64,000 nt of DNA. Source: Octopus sinensis (Eukaryota). Both the position numbers and the translations under genes were made by a program. Positions 1 through 11,825 of this stretch are shown in pieces. The stretch covers positions 13,123,579-13,187,578 of the forward strand of contig NC_043026.1 of assembly GCF_006345805.1 (NCBI RefSeq), written 5' to 3'. The stretch's first letter is position 1; each line of letters opens with the position of its first letter. The notes below the pieces were generated by a model. The model was not told the origin of the DNA and searched no databases. It worked only from the letters and a program-made list of their open reading frames with translations.

Positions 1-366
1 TTTCAAAGATTTAATCTTAATAGCAAAATTTATAAGGAGATCATCCACCAGATTTTAAAATTAGCAGAAAAATTGGAAAAGATATTTAGAAATTGTGCTG
101 AGATAGAATAATACAGTGAGTAAGAAAGAAAAAACAATTTCTCTTCGGCAGAGAAACTTTTACGAATGCAGCGGTATATGAAAGCGTATGAATAAAATGG
201 CGCGCATATTAATATTGTTCATATTGTATATAAAAGAATGTTAGTCAATATTCAGAGTGAAGAGTTATTTTGAAATTTAGAATGTTCCTAGAAGGCACTG
301 GAGTTCTTGGTAAAATTTACGTTAGGAAATAGCGTTAGTGAAACATCTCATTATATGATATTTCTG

Positions 367-806
367 GGATCTTTTCTGTTTGAACGAGAGTTTTTCTAGT
401 GGTGTCATATGAAACTGTCACCCATAATTATGACCCTAGTATCGATCTATCACATTTCAATCGGTTTTAGGGTTACGGTTAGTTAGGGTTAGGGTTAGGG
501 TTAGGGGTGGGGGGGAAGGGTATCTTTTTTTGTTCACAAATGTAAATAAACCCAATCTGTTTCTTAAACGAGGGACATATTCATACGGCACAGAAAGTTT
601 TTTTAGCTCAATAGATGTCATTGATTGGTTGAAATTGCAGAAATTTAAGAAAAAAACAACAAATATCTTACAAACTATAGAATTTTCTCAATAAAGCCAA
701 GAGAAAAAGATGTTTTATAAACAAATTCTACCAGTATACGAAGTTTAAAAGTGTTTAGTTACGTGGAAATTATTTTAAAAAACTGCCGTTCAAACCGAAA
801 AGATCC
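367..806 (+). mobile_element. Non-autonomous TIR element (GGATCTTTTC family, hAT-like MITE)
   Basis: TIRs GGATCTTTTCTGTTTGAAC...GTTCAAACCGAAAAGATCC. Perfect 8-bp TSD TATTTCTG (359-366 and 807-814). Internal short TTAGGG run. Confidence 0.85.
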
Positions 807-1798
807 TATTTCTGAAACCAAATCAAGTTTGGTGGTGGTCAGTTGTAACCATAAACCAATTCTTTTTTCAAAAAAATATCTGAGGTCTAAATTCATAAGT
901 AAGAGGTTTAAACGTTCAGATTCGCAGTGTGCGACATCAATAAACAGTGTTTAGTTCAATTTTAAGAGTGAAAATTAGTTTGAAATTTAGAATGTTCGTA
1001 GAAAGCTGTGATATTCTTAGTAAAATTTACGTTAGGAAATACTTTTAGTTAATTATCTAAAAAGTTACAGTATATTTATTAAACCAATATCAATTTGTAA
1101 TTATCGTGACGTATATTTGCCATTTCAATATGGCTAACCCCTAAGGGTGGATGCTACTGTAGTTTTTAGCCCCAGGAGGACACACTCCTCCAGCTGGCCA
1201 TAGACACACTTTCTGTGCCCTATCAGTATTTGCAAAGGGAAGTCATCCTTCCCGTCTTCAACTTATGATACACACGGACTCGAGTTTCGAGGTATTGACC
1301 TCTCGTCAGCGTGTGACAATTTGTAATTATATTAACAATTATTTAGTTGGAAACATTACATTTATCTATTTATTAATTTCTGCTGTGGGAATAAAATGTG
1401 AAAATAGTGTTTTTTCTTTTTGTTGTAGATGTATGAATTCATAAAATATACTTCTCTTGCAACTGTAAATGCATAAGTTCCAAAAATATATTCTTTTAGT
1501 GTAATATTCACATCGAAAGGATATTCTCACCGTAAGAAGATATTATCACGGTTCAATCTTTAGCTCTTTCAGTTATGTCATCATACGCTGGGGGTTTTGT
1601 TTCCAGCGATCTATTTCCGGATTACGACATCTGATATTCTGTATATTGATATACAAAAAGAAAATTCTGGCATTTTATATTCTGTATATGATATTAATGG
1701 ATGTTTTTAGTGTCACTTCTGGTTTGAATCGCAGAACCATTCCATGTTTCGAAGATCAATTTACCTTCATTCTTATACGACGTTCAACGCGGGCTAAC

Positions 1799-1905
1799 AT
1801 GTGTGTGTGTGTGTGTGTGTGTGTCCGTATGTGTATGTGTGTGTGTGTGCGTGTCGTATGTGGTGTGTGTGCGTGTGTGTGTGTGTGTGTGTGTGCGTGT
1901 GCGTA

Positions 1906-1936
<31 letters not shown>

Positions 1937-2062
1937 CCGTATGTGTGTATGTGTGTGTGTGTGTGTGTCCGTATGTGTATGTGTGTGTGTGTGCGTGTCC
2001 GTATGTGTGTGTGTGTGCGTGTCCGTATGTGTGTGTGTGTGCGTGTGTGTGTGTGTGTGTGT

Positions 2063-2099
<37 letters not shown>

Positions 2100-2100
2100 C

Positions 2101-2147
<47 letters not shown>

Positions 2148-2435
2148 TGTGCGTGTGTGTGCGTATGTGTGCATATGCGTGCATGTGTGTGCGTATGTGT
2201 GTGTGTGTGTGCGTGTGTGTGTGTGTGTGCGCGTGTGCGTGTGTGTGCGTATGTGCGCATATGCGTGCAGTGTGTGTGCGTATGTGTGCGTGTGTGTGTG
2301 TGCGTGTGTGCGTATGTGTATGTGTGTATGTCTGTGTGTGTGCGTGTGCGTATGTGTGTGTGTGGTGGTGTGTGTGTGTGTGTGGTGTGTGTGTGGCGTA
2401 TGTGTGTGTGTGTGTCGTGTGTGTGTGTGTGGTGT

Positions 2436-2470
<35 letters not shown>

Positions 2471-2770
2471 CGTGTGTGTGTGTGTGTGTGCGTGTGCGTG
2501 TGTGTGCGTATGTGTGCTTATGCGTGCATGTGTGTGCGTATGTGTGCGTGTGTGTGTGTGCGTGTGTGCGTATGTGTGTGTCTGTGTGCGTGAGCGTATT
2601 GTGCGTATGTGTGCATGTGTGTGCGTATGTGTGCATGTGTGTGCGTATGTGTGCTTATGCGTGCATGTGTGTGCGTATGTGTGCGTGTGTGTGTGTGCGT
2701 GTGCGTGTGTGTGTCTGTGTGCGTGAGTGTATGTGTGCGTATGTGTGCGTGTGTGTGTGTGTGTGTGTTT
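1799..2770. repeat. Compound (GT)n microsatellite
   Basis: About 970 bp of GT/GCGT/GTAT repeats. Source of the CV/HT pseudo-ORFs. Confidence 0.95.
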
Positions 2771-2878
2771 CTACATTACTGTGCATGTGACTGTGTTTAT
2801 GTATGTGTATTTGTATGTTCTTGGAGTTGTGCGTATTAATGTCGGCTTGCGCGGGCGCTTCTTTGAATTCCCATCCGT

Positions 2879-3748
2879 TTACCCAAGTGGACATATGCAT
2901 AGCGTACATCCTTTTGATGAAGCATTTTCCCTCCTCGGTTCAAACTTTAGCTGTTTGAGCAATGTCGACATAATCTGAGGCATTTGTTTCTCCAGTTCGG
3001 GATTGCGATCAGTGTTGAATTCTTCAGAAGCAACACAGTAAGAGACAGCGGTTAAAAGTGTCAGGAGTTCACGTTCAGTGCCATATTCACTCAAAGCTTT
3101 ACTTAATGTTTCCATAAAACACGTACCATTCGTTTTGTTCCTGAAAGACGAATATTTATTATAGGAGGAATGAAAGACCAACAGATCAGGCATAATTGGA
3201 ATATTGGATAGCGTTTCATTCACTTCTGTTTCAGGGCCATCAGTTACACAGAATCCTTCATCAATCTTTCCTCCACGACATGCTTGAACAAAAATTAATT
3301 TGGGTACTCCACTTAAAGATGGACATTTAACGGGTGTCAGGCAAGAAAGCAAATCATACAGTCCAACATCGCGGTCGTATGCACATAACTGATCGTTTTC
3401 CCTACCATGGCTCATAATTGCACAAACAAAGCAACCAACTGGATTACGAGTTCCAACTTTGTTAACATTTTTGAAAGTATTGAGCATTTCATCGGCTTTT
3501 TTATCTTTAAAAACTGTGACATCCCGTTTAGAAAATCCAAGTTTTATTAATGCCGCTTTAAAAGCTTTTGTATCTTTTGATGAGCCTTCACGATATAGAG
3601 AATCTTTGTTGAAATTTTCGTGGTTGAAGATGTAGGCTACAAGTCGCTTGTTATTTATATCATATTTAGCGAAACATTTACTAAGATCTTCCTTAGTTGG
3701 TGAATGGGGCTGATCGCTTGTCCCAACGTTTTCACCTCCATCTGCCAT
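2879..3748 (-). CDS. Effector-type caspase (caspase-3/7-like, short prodomain), copy A, 289 aa, intronless
   Basis: ATG at 3748 in ACAACCATGG context. Motifs NHENF..REGS, CAIMSHG, KLIFVQACRG, linker VTD/G, DLLVFHSSY..SFRN..GTCF, QMPQIMSTLLKQLKF. No CARD or DED. Ends GCTLCICPLG-stop. Confidence 0.92.
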   Translation of the reverse strand: MADGGENVGTSDQPHSPTKEDLSKCFAKYDINNKRLVAYIFNHENFNKDSLYREGSSKDTKAFKAALIKLGFSKRDVTVFKDKKADEMLNTFKNVNKVGTRNPVGCFVCAIMSHGRENDQLCAYDRDVGLYDLLSCLTPVKCPSLSGVPKLIFVQACRGGKIDEGFCVTDGPETEVNETLSNIPIMPDLLVFHSSYNKYSSFRNKTNGTCFMETLSKALSEYGTERELLTLLTAVSYCVASEEFNTDRNPELEKQMPQIMSTLLKQLKFEPRRENASSKGCTLCICPLG

Positions 3749-3789
3749 GGTTGTCAATGTAAGAAGTGATGAGCAGAACTGGTTCCGTT

Positions 3790-3836
3790 TATTATATATT
3801 TCTGTCCTCTCAGATTGCTATCAATGCGCATGCGTT
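3790..3836 (-). promoter_or_regulatory. Putative caspase A proximal promoter (TATA-like + TGCGCATGCGT NRF1-like motif)
   Basis: TATATAA about 50 bp and GCGCATGCG about 80 bp upstream of the ATG. Same arrangement upstream of all three intact caspase ORFs. Confidence 0.5.
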
Positions 3837-4229
3837 AACGAAATCCAACTCCTCGCTTCCAACTCAAAATATACAAATGCATCAGAAATTCTCACCGTAA
3901 TAATCTGCGTTTCTATTTAAGGACTCCACACCTTAAGGGGTTACACGAAAAACTATCTGAGGGCTGAACTCATAGGCGAGAGGGTTAAACGTTCAGATGC
4001 ACGGTGTTCGATATCGATAGAATGTCTTTCTTCCCTTATTTGGCATTTAAAATTTCGGCAATGTTTCGTTGATGGTTTAAATCTTCGGCAATTTCCGTAA
4101 GGAAATTTTTATTTCTTTATTTTATTTACGTCATTTTGTAGGCGACATTTGCTTAGAAATCGTTGAGGGAGGGGAAAAGTGAACCACACCGAAGAGTGCG
4201 TGCGCAACCATTCACACACACACACGCAG

Positions 4230-4273
<44 letters not shown>

Positions 4274-4532
4274 ATACGTACACACACATACACACACACG
4301 TACACATACAACCACTGACTTTTGTTGTGGATGAGTTGAATATTGAAACCCTCGCTCGCAGAATGCATGAATGTATTTAGGTGTATATGCGAGAAAATGG
4401 CTGTGAATGTGTGTGTATGTGTGTGTGTGTGTGTGTATGTGTGTGTGTGTGTGTGTGAATACAAATACATAAAACAGAACACGCTTGGGCACATGCATAA
4501 TGTTACACGCACACATACACACACACACACAC

Positions 4533-4566
<34 letters not shown>

Positions 4567-4664
4567 ACACACACACACACATAGACACGCCCGCGGGCAA
4601 AATATTTCTGCATTTTTACTCCTCAATGGCCGGAATTTTGAGCTTCAAAATACGGTGCCATCAA

Positions 4665-6030
4665 TTGCGCCGCCGGGACCTCTCCTTTCAGGGTCCTGAG
4701 GGAGATTCCAGAGTTCTACACATCTATCTCCAGCTCATCCCCCTGGCCACCACGGCTTCACCTGCCCTGATGCCTTTTACCATAAAACAAAATCTGCCTT
4801 ACGTAAACTTTCACTCTTCCTACTGCAAACATGTCATGCCCAGCCGAGACGCAATAAGGTGAAGAGGGCCTTCATACTAACCGCGACAGTGTAGCGCAGG
4901 GCCTCTACATTAGGGCTCAGGTCAGGGCTTTGATATGTCGGTGATCAAGAGCAGCGCATTCCGTTGAATAGTTGAGGCAAGTGAGCACTACACCATTTTA
5001 CAATTTCGTTTGCATTTTGTGGTCAGTGCCAAGGAATCTCCGGAGATGCTTCTCAAAGGAGGCAAAAGCCTTTCTGGCAGACTGTATTCACCACTTAACT
5101 TCCAAGTCAGAAATGTTAATACAAGTCAAAGCACTGTCCAGGGATAAAGCCCTCATGTGTACTTCAAAGGCTCCCCGTCTACTGTCAATGGCTCTGGAGC
5201 CCTCGATATAATATGGCAACTTGGTGGAATCTGGTAGAACGCTGAATTGTCTGCCGAGGGCAAAACCCTGACACGCATTTCCCTGATTTTGGTGTAAGTT
5301 CGAAGTCGATCCTGGCTGAAGGTCTTCCCATCTATTCTAGTACGGTTTAAATCGCCCTTTTGCTAGTTGACCATCATGGTGCAAGCACATCTGGACGCAA
5401 ACATACAAGAAAGCTTGGATAACACGCACCACTGCTTCTCACCGTGGTTGACTGCAAACGATTCCCTAAATGTCCGCCAACCAAGGCGAATCCTTCCGTC
5501 CCCGCGATGTCAACAACCTTCTCCAGCACTTACTAAAGTATTTCTCCCATAACTGTGTCTGTGTGAAGATTGTGTCCATCGTTCAACTCCCTCACCTGGT
5601 GCCACATTGATTCTCTGGTAAGACCTGCTCTGAGATGTCTTTTCAGCCGGTTGAGAATGATCTTCGTCAACAGCTCGCCAGTAATGGCCTCATCTCCATG
5701 CAATCATCTCAAATCCCCGCTCAATCTCAATTTTCGCTTTTATCTAATTTTTATTCGTGTCCCATACGGGTCCACAAGATTTCTACATACACCACTCCCT
5801 GGGCTTATAAAGGTACGAGAGTGTTTCACAATGGCGTCAATAAAGACAAGTGTTTGGAAATTGTGGTAACTGGCTCACTCGTCTGTAAATATATTGGACC
5901 CCAGTTCTACACTTTCCATTACGAACGCCTCGGCTGTGTCCAGCATCCAGTCTGGAACCTGTTGCAGCCTTCCTATCTTCTCAGAGCTCTCGTGTAAATC
6001 AACTCCCCGGAAAACACTGATAAACAGCAC
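4665..6030 (-). mobile_element. Degenerate RTE-clade LINE reverse-transcriptase fragment
   Basis: Broken-frame peptides KIILNRL, VLPENQCG, MDTIFT..QLWEK, RIDGKPFSL, HRHIKAL, RLGWA*HV, QILFYG match RTE ORF2 motifs. Many stops and frameshifts. Confidence 0.75.
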
Positions 6031-7309
6031 TAAATGCTTTCTAAGATGGCGTCGTCCACGGTGATGATGCAGACGACAATGACATCATATATATTGTACG
6101 TATTTCTTTAGTGCCACTTAGCTTTGTATTTCAAAACAGTTTCATTTTCCAAGGACAATTTACTTTCCCTGTAAAAATGACGGTCAATTGCATGATAAAC
6201 GCGATCGTACATGTGTATGTGTTGTGTGTGTAAGTGTGTGTGTGTGCGTGTGTGCTTGGTTATGTGTTTGTGTGAAACCTGTTTGGTTTTCTTAAGTGGG
6301 ATCGTGCTGGGATGGGTCTGGCCAGGGATTAAACTGGAGTATTTTGCTGGGATTAATCCAATGACTTAAAAGTAACATGTGGTTATGCCGCAGAAAAAAC
6401 GATTTTCCTTCATTTAGCTGTTATTTCTAGCATGTTGAATTTCTTTGAGGGGTCCATATTTTACATCTTCTGTTCGGGCGAAATCTACGCGGGCGCAAAG
6501 ACACATGTTCAATATGTACAACATTCGGAATTTCTTAGTTTTTGTAAGAAGAAAAATGTAGGAGGAATGACATTGGATCTTTCTTTCTGAAAGTTTAAAA
6601 TTGAAAAAATCTATCTTTCACATTCGAAATCTCCGTTGATTAAGCAAAAAAGTAAAATAAAAAACTGTTACCCCAAATCATAATCCTCGATAACAAAAAA
6701 ATAGGAATGCCTGAGATATTTTTGTAAAATAGAGAGGGTTGAGATAGCGCCGAACAGCGCCGATATTTGAATCAAAAAAGGGTCACACGAAAATATATCT
6801 GAAGGCTGCCCTCATAGGTAAGAGGGTTAAACGGTCAGATGCACGGTGCAAAATATCCGTAAAGAGTCTTTCTTTCAGTATTTGGAATTTAAAAATTCGG
6901 AAATGTTTCGTTGAGGGTCTAAATCTTCGGTAATTTCCGTCACAAAGTTTTATATATTTACTTTCTCGTTTCATGTCGTGTTGAAGGTGACATTTGCTTC
7001 GAAATCAGTGAGGGGGGTGAAAGGTGGAATAGAATGGAGGGCGCGTGCGCAATCGTACACAGATAGACACACGCACATACACACACACACACAAACACCA
7101 CACACAGATCCCTTTGAAATTTAGAATTTAACTATAAGGCACAGGTGTTCTTAATAAAGGCACAGGTGTTCTTATAAAATTCATGCTGAGAAATACTTTT
7201 AGTTAAGTATCACGTTCATGATCATTTTAGCAATTATTTAGCTGAAAATATTACATTTATCTATTTATCAATTTATGCTGTTGGTGTTACCTGTGGAAAT
7301 AGTCATGTT

Positions 7310-7485
7310 ATATATATGTATATATATATATGTATATATATATGTATCGAAATCTGCGATGAGGAATCGGTTTCTGACTGAAGAACGAAGGCTTTGAATG
7401 ACCCGTCTGTCTCTTATGTTCGTCCCTTCGTGTATTTCACGTTATTTATTTATGTAAAGGTTTATTATATATATATCTATATCTA

Positions 7486-7548
<63 letters not shown>

Positions 7549-7566
7549 GTATATATATATTATATA

Positions 7567-7614
<48 letters not shown>

Positions 7615-7640
7615 TATATATATATATACATGTATATACA
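7310..7640. repeat. (TA)n and (TATC)n microsatellites
   Basis: Direct reading. Mirrored at about 26,100-26,460. Confidence 0.9.
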
Positions 7641-7805
7641 TGAGGTTTTTAAAATCTACTCCGTTGCATCTCTGGATGTGTGTGTTTCTAAACCATATTC
7701 TTTTCGTACAATATGCAGATGCGTCAGAAATTCTCACCGTAAGAAGTTCCATATCTATTTAAGGGTCCCACACCAGAAATATTTTACTTCCTCTCTCAAA
7801 ATTTT

Positions 7806-8290
7806 AGGTTTTTGAGCAAGGTTGATATAATCTGAGGCATTCGCTTACAGCCATTATATTTTGAATTGGAATTCAAAAGAGGCAAGATAGTTTTAATCCG
7901 GATCTACCAGCATCGATTTCTTAATCTCACGACCAGCTTGACTAAAGATTAATTTAATTATTCCCTATAATGATGGACAGCAATCGAGTCCCGGGCAAGA
8001 AAGCAACGCATCTAGCTTCACTTCATCGTCGTATCCATATATAACATCGTTTTCTTCCCCATGATACAGAATTGCACAAATAAAGCAATCAATAGTGATA
8101 ACAGGATTATCTTCCTCAAATTCTTTCATCAAAAGACGAGGATTTAAAAAGAGGACCTCAGCTTTATACAGATGTAACAGTCGAACAAATGTTTGACTTC
8201 TGAATCTGTATAAAATCTGAGGTCATCATCTTGAAATCACGATTTTCTCAAGCCCTTTGAACATCTCCGTCTTTTGATGAAAGAATTTGA
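7806..8290 (-). pseudogene. Caspase pseudogene (left-arm copy)
   Basis: Minus strand reads CFICAILYHG...CPSL*GIIKLIFSQAGRE...MPQIISTLLK. In-frame TAG (7965-7967), catalytic Cys replaced by Gly, most of the small subunit deleted. Confidence 0.8.
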
Positions 8291-9849
8291 GCAAGATAAT
8301 CTTGAAATCGTTTTTGATTGCTTTATTTGTGCAATTCCGCGATACACGAAGGACAGACGTAAAAGCTAATACATGGTATTATTTCGTTGTCATTTCAGAG
8401 ATTATCCTCCAGAGATTATCCTCCGGAGTGAAACAAATACCCAAAGAATTGAAGAAACGTTACGCAATGATGCCCAGAAAGTACAATGCAGTGAGAAAAC
8501 AAAGTAAAACAATTTCTGTTTCGCAGACAATGTTTTACTAATCCAGCGATGTATGAGAGCACAGGAATAATATAACCTACATATTGATTTTCGTTAAATA
8601 AATATCCCCTAACATTTTAAGGTGCTGCTTCACTAAAACTATTTCCTCCCGTAAATTTTACTAAAGAACACCAGTGACTTATAGGTCCATTCTAAATTAC
8701 AAAATAATCCTACATTCTGAAAATTGAACCAACATTGTTTTATATACAACTAAATATGAACAATATTAATATCTAGGCTATTTTATTCATGTATTTTCCT
8801 ATATCGCTGGATTCGTAACAGTTTCTCTGCCAAAGAGAAATTTTTTATCTTTCTTCTCTCACTGCATTAAACTATCTCATCACCATTGCGTAATATTTTT
8901 TTCAATTATTCTGCTATTCTTGTTAAATTCTTGTGGATAATCTCCTAATAAAATTTCTCTCTTATAAATGTGAAGTCTCTGAATTGCCAATGAAATATCA
9001 AAATGTATCAGCTTTTTCGTTAGTCTTAATTTATTTAGATATGTAAAGTGTGAATGAAAACTTCTGTAAATTTCTTTGCCTGCAGCGCAATGTTTCCATC
9101 ATGGGTTCAATCTTGTCTTTATCTTGCGTCTAATTGCTCGACAATTTCCGTAAGTAGTTCGTTACGGAAATTGCCGACAACTGAAGGAAAGGCATTTTAT
9201 CTTTTTCGGACACCTCGCATCTGAACGTTTAACCATCTTACTTATGAGTTCAGCCTCCGGATATGTTTTTATGAAATCCTTTCTCTTTCAAATTTCGGCG
9301 GGGTTTACCCTAACCCCAAATCCATATTCCTTTCATTTATTTCTTACTCTTTCCGATGTTTTAGTTATGGAAGATTACGATTTTGCCAAAAAAAGAAAAA
9401 AAAAGAAATTTTCCAAAATAAAAATTTCTTTCCCACCCAAAGTTTTTTTATTTTACAATTTTTTAAAGAGGGGTTTTGTTTAAACTACGTCTACAGACAC
9501 GGAGATAGAATCCGGAAGATTTATTCTTTTAGTTCAAACTTCCAGAAAAAAGACCCTAAGTTGCTTCTCATATATTTCCTTCTTTCCAAAAGTAGAAAAC
9601 TCCTTTTTAGACGGATTGGATGTGTTGCTTTGCGCCTGCGTAGAAGTAAAGTACGAACGTAGAAGAAATGTGGAAGCAAATATGAATCCCTCACTGGAAA
9701 TGTGGATATGGAAGAATAAAAGCTGAAAATATTGTTTCTCGCCCTAAATACACCTTTTTTAAAATTCATTCGATTAATTTCGCAAAGATCTCCAAATCCC
9801 TCCCAGGAAATTCGACTTAAGAAAACTACGAAGATTTCATACAAACACA

Positions 9850-10820
9850 AACACACACGCCACACCACACACTCACTACATACCACAAAGGCATACACAC
9901 TCACGCACGCACACAAACACACACGCCACACGCACACACTCATACATACACACACAGGCATACACACTCACGCACACACCACACACACACACTCATACAT
10001 ACACACACAGGCATACACACTCACGCACACACCACACACACACTTATATATACACACACAAGCATACACACTCACGCACACACCACACGCACACTTATAT
10101 ATACACACACAGGCATACACACTCACGCACACACCACACGCACACTTATATATACACACACAGGCATACACACTCACGCACACACCACACACACACTTAT
10201 ATATACACACACAGGCATACACACTCACGCACACACCACACACACACTTATATATACACACACAGGCATACACACTCACGCACACACCACACGCACACTT
10301 ATATATACACACACAGGCATACACACTCACGCACACACCACACGCACACTTATATATACACACACAGGCATACACACTCACGCACACACCACACACACAC
10401 TTATATATACACACACAGGCATACACCTCACGCACACACCACACACACATTATATATACACACACAGGCACACACACACTCACGCACAACCACACGCACA
10501 CTTATATATAACACACAGCATACACACTCACGCACACCACACGCACACTTTATATATACACACACAGGCATACACACTCACGCACACACCACACACACAC
10601 TTATATATACACAACAGGCATACACACTCACGCACACACCACACACACACTTATATATACACACACAGGCATACACACTCACGCACACACCACACGCACA
10701 CTTATATATACACACACAGGCACACACACTCACGCACACACACAAACACACACCACACGCACACACTCATACATACACACACAGACATACACACACTCAC
10801 ACACACATACACACACACAC
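9850..10820. repeat. 51-bp CA-derived minisatellite
   Basis: Unit CACACACAGGCATACACACTCACGCACACACCACACGCACACTTATATATA, roughly 15 copies. Gives the 17-aa period seen in ORF 9732-10511. Confidence 0.85.
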
Positions 10821-10989
10821 AGACATTCATTCACAACACCCTTATATACGAGAGCAGTTTAACATACACTTGACCGTCATTTTACATTGAAATTGATTTG
10901 TCCTTGGAAACCGAAACTGCGTTGCGATTACAAAGCTGAAGTGGTCCCAAACACATCCTGTAATGTCATAGACCCAATGGATGATGTCA

Positions 10990-11200
10990 GTTCGAAGTGT
11001 TTCCTCAGTGTTATCCGGGGAATCGATTTACAGGAGAACACTCAGACGATAGAGGACATGCAACAAGTTCCGGACAGAATGGTAGAGCAAATTGTGGCTT
11101 TCATAATGGAACGTGTGTGTTCTGGGGCCCATTATATTTACAGAGAAGTGCACCAGTTACTATATAATCTCCAAAGGCATCGCTTTATTCAGGCCACTTG
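10990..11200 (+). mobile_element. Highly diverged fragment homologous to the start of the RTE-like segment at 27,760
   Basis: Visible alignment of CCGGGGAATCGATTTACAGGAGAAC...CAAGTTCCGGAC with CCGGGGAGTTGATTTACACGAGAGC...CAGGTTCCAGAC. Mirror copy at about 22,450-22,660. Confidence 0.55.
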
Positions 11201-11384
11201 AAGTACTTTGATGGGTTAATACAATGAATTAAAATGAAATAATTTAAGAGAGAATTTATTTCGATATAGAATTTCAGTTTTTGCTTTCGTAGGAAATCTG
11301 TTTTTGTTTTATTCGCAATACTCGCGCGTACACTCACACTTAGCCGGAAGACAGACAGACAGACAGACATACACACGAACATAC

Positions 11385-11655
11385 ATGTATGTGTGTAGTA
11401 TGTGTGTGTGTATGTATGTATGTATGTATGTATGTATGTATGTATGTATGTATGTATGTATGTAGGATGTATGTATGTATGTATGTATGTATGTATGTAT
11501 GTATGTATGTATGTATGTCTGTATGTATGTATGTATGTATGTATGTATGTATGTATGTATGTATGTATGTATGTATGTTTGTATGCATGTATATGTATGT
11601 ATGTATGTATGTTTGTATGATATGTATGTATGTATGTAGTATGTCTGTATGTATG
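11385..11655. repeat. (TATG)n microsatellite
   Basis: Direct reading. Shorter mirror at about 22,100-22,270. Confidence 0.95.
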
Positions 11656-11825
11656 GAAGAAAAAACTATTTCCACAGGTAACACCAACAGCATAAATTGA
11701 TAAATAGATAAATGTAATATTTTCAGCTAAATAATTGCTAATATGATTACAAATTGATATTGGTTTAATAAATACTCTAATTTTGCAAGATGCCTAACTA
11801 AACCCATTCCTAGCATGAATTTTAT

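Noticed and set aside
467-506. Chromosome end or healed telomere
   Set aside because: Only a few units, internal to a TSD-flanked MITE.
1646-2978. Long Cys/Val- and His/Thr-rich ORFs (also at 14.3, 17.1, 22.8, 29.2, 31.0-32.2 and 34.4-35.6 kb)
   Set aside because: Translations of (GT)/(CA) microsatellites, which lack stop codons in all frames. No other coding evidence.
2879-3748. Prokaryotic or phage-defence caspase/metacaspase system
   Set aside because: QACRG plus two-subunit animal architecture, embedded in SINE- and microsatellite-rich animal DNA.
8287-8541. 84-aa ORF identical in both arms as a conserved gene
   Set aside because: Identity follows from the recent duplication. It starts at TTG and overlaps the non-coding flank module.
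10887-11201. 104-aa ORF as a novel protein
   Set aside because: Homologous to the decayed RTE-like segment and frameshifted in the mirror arm.
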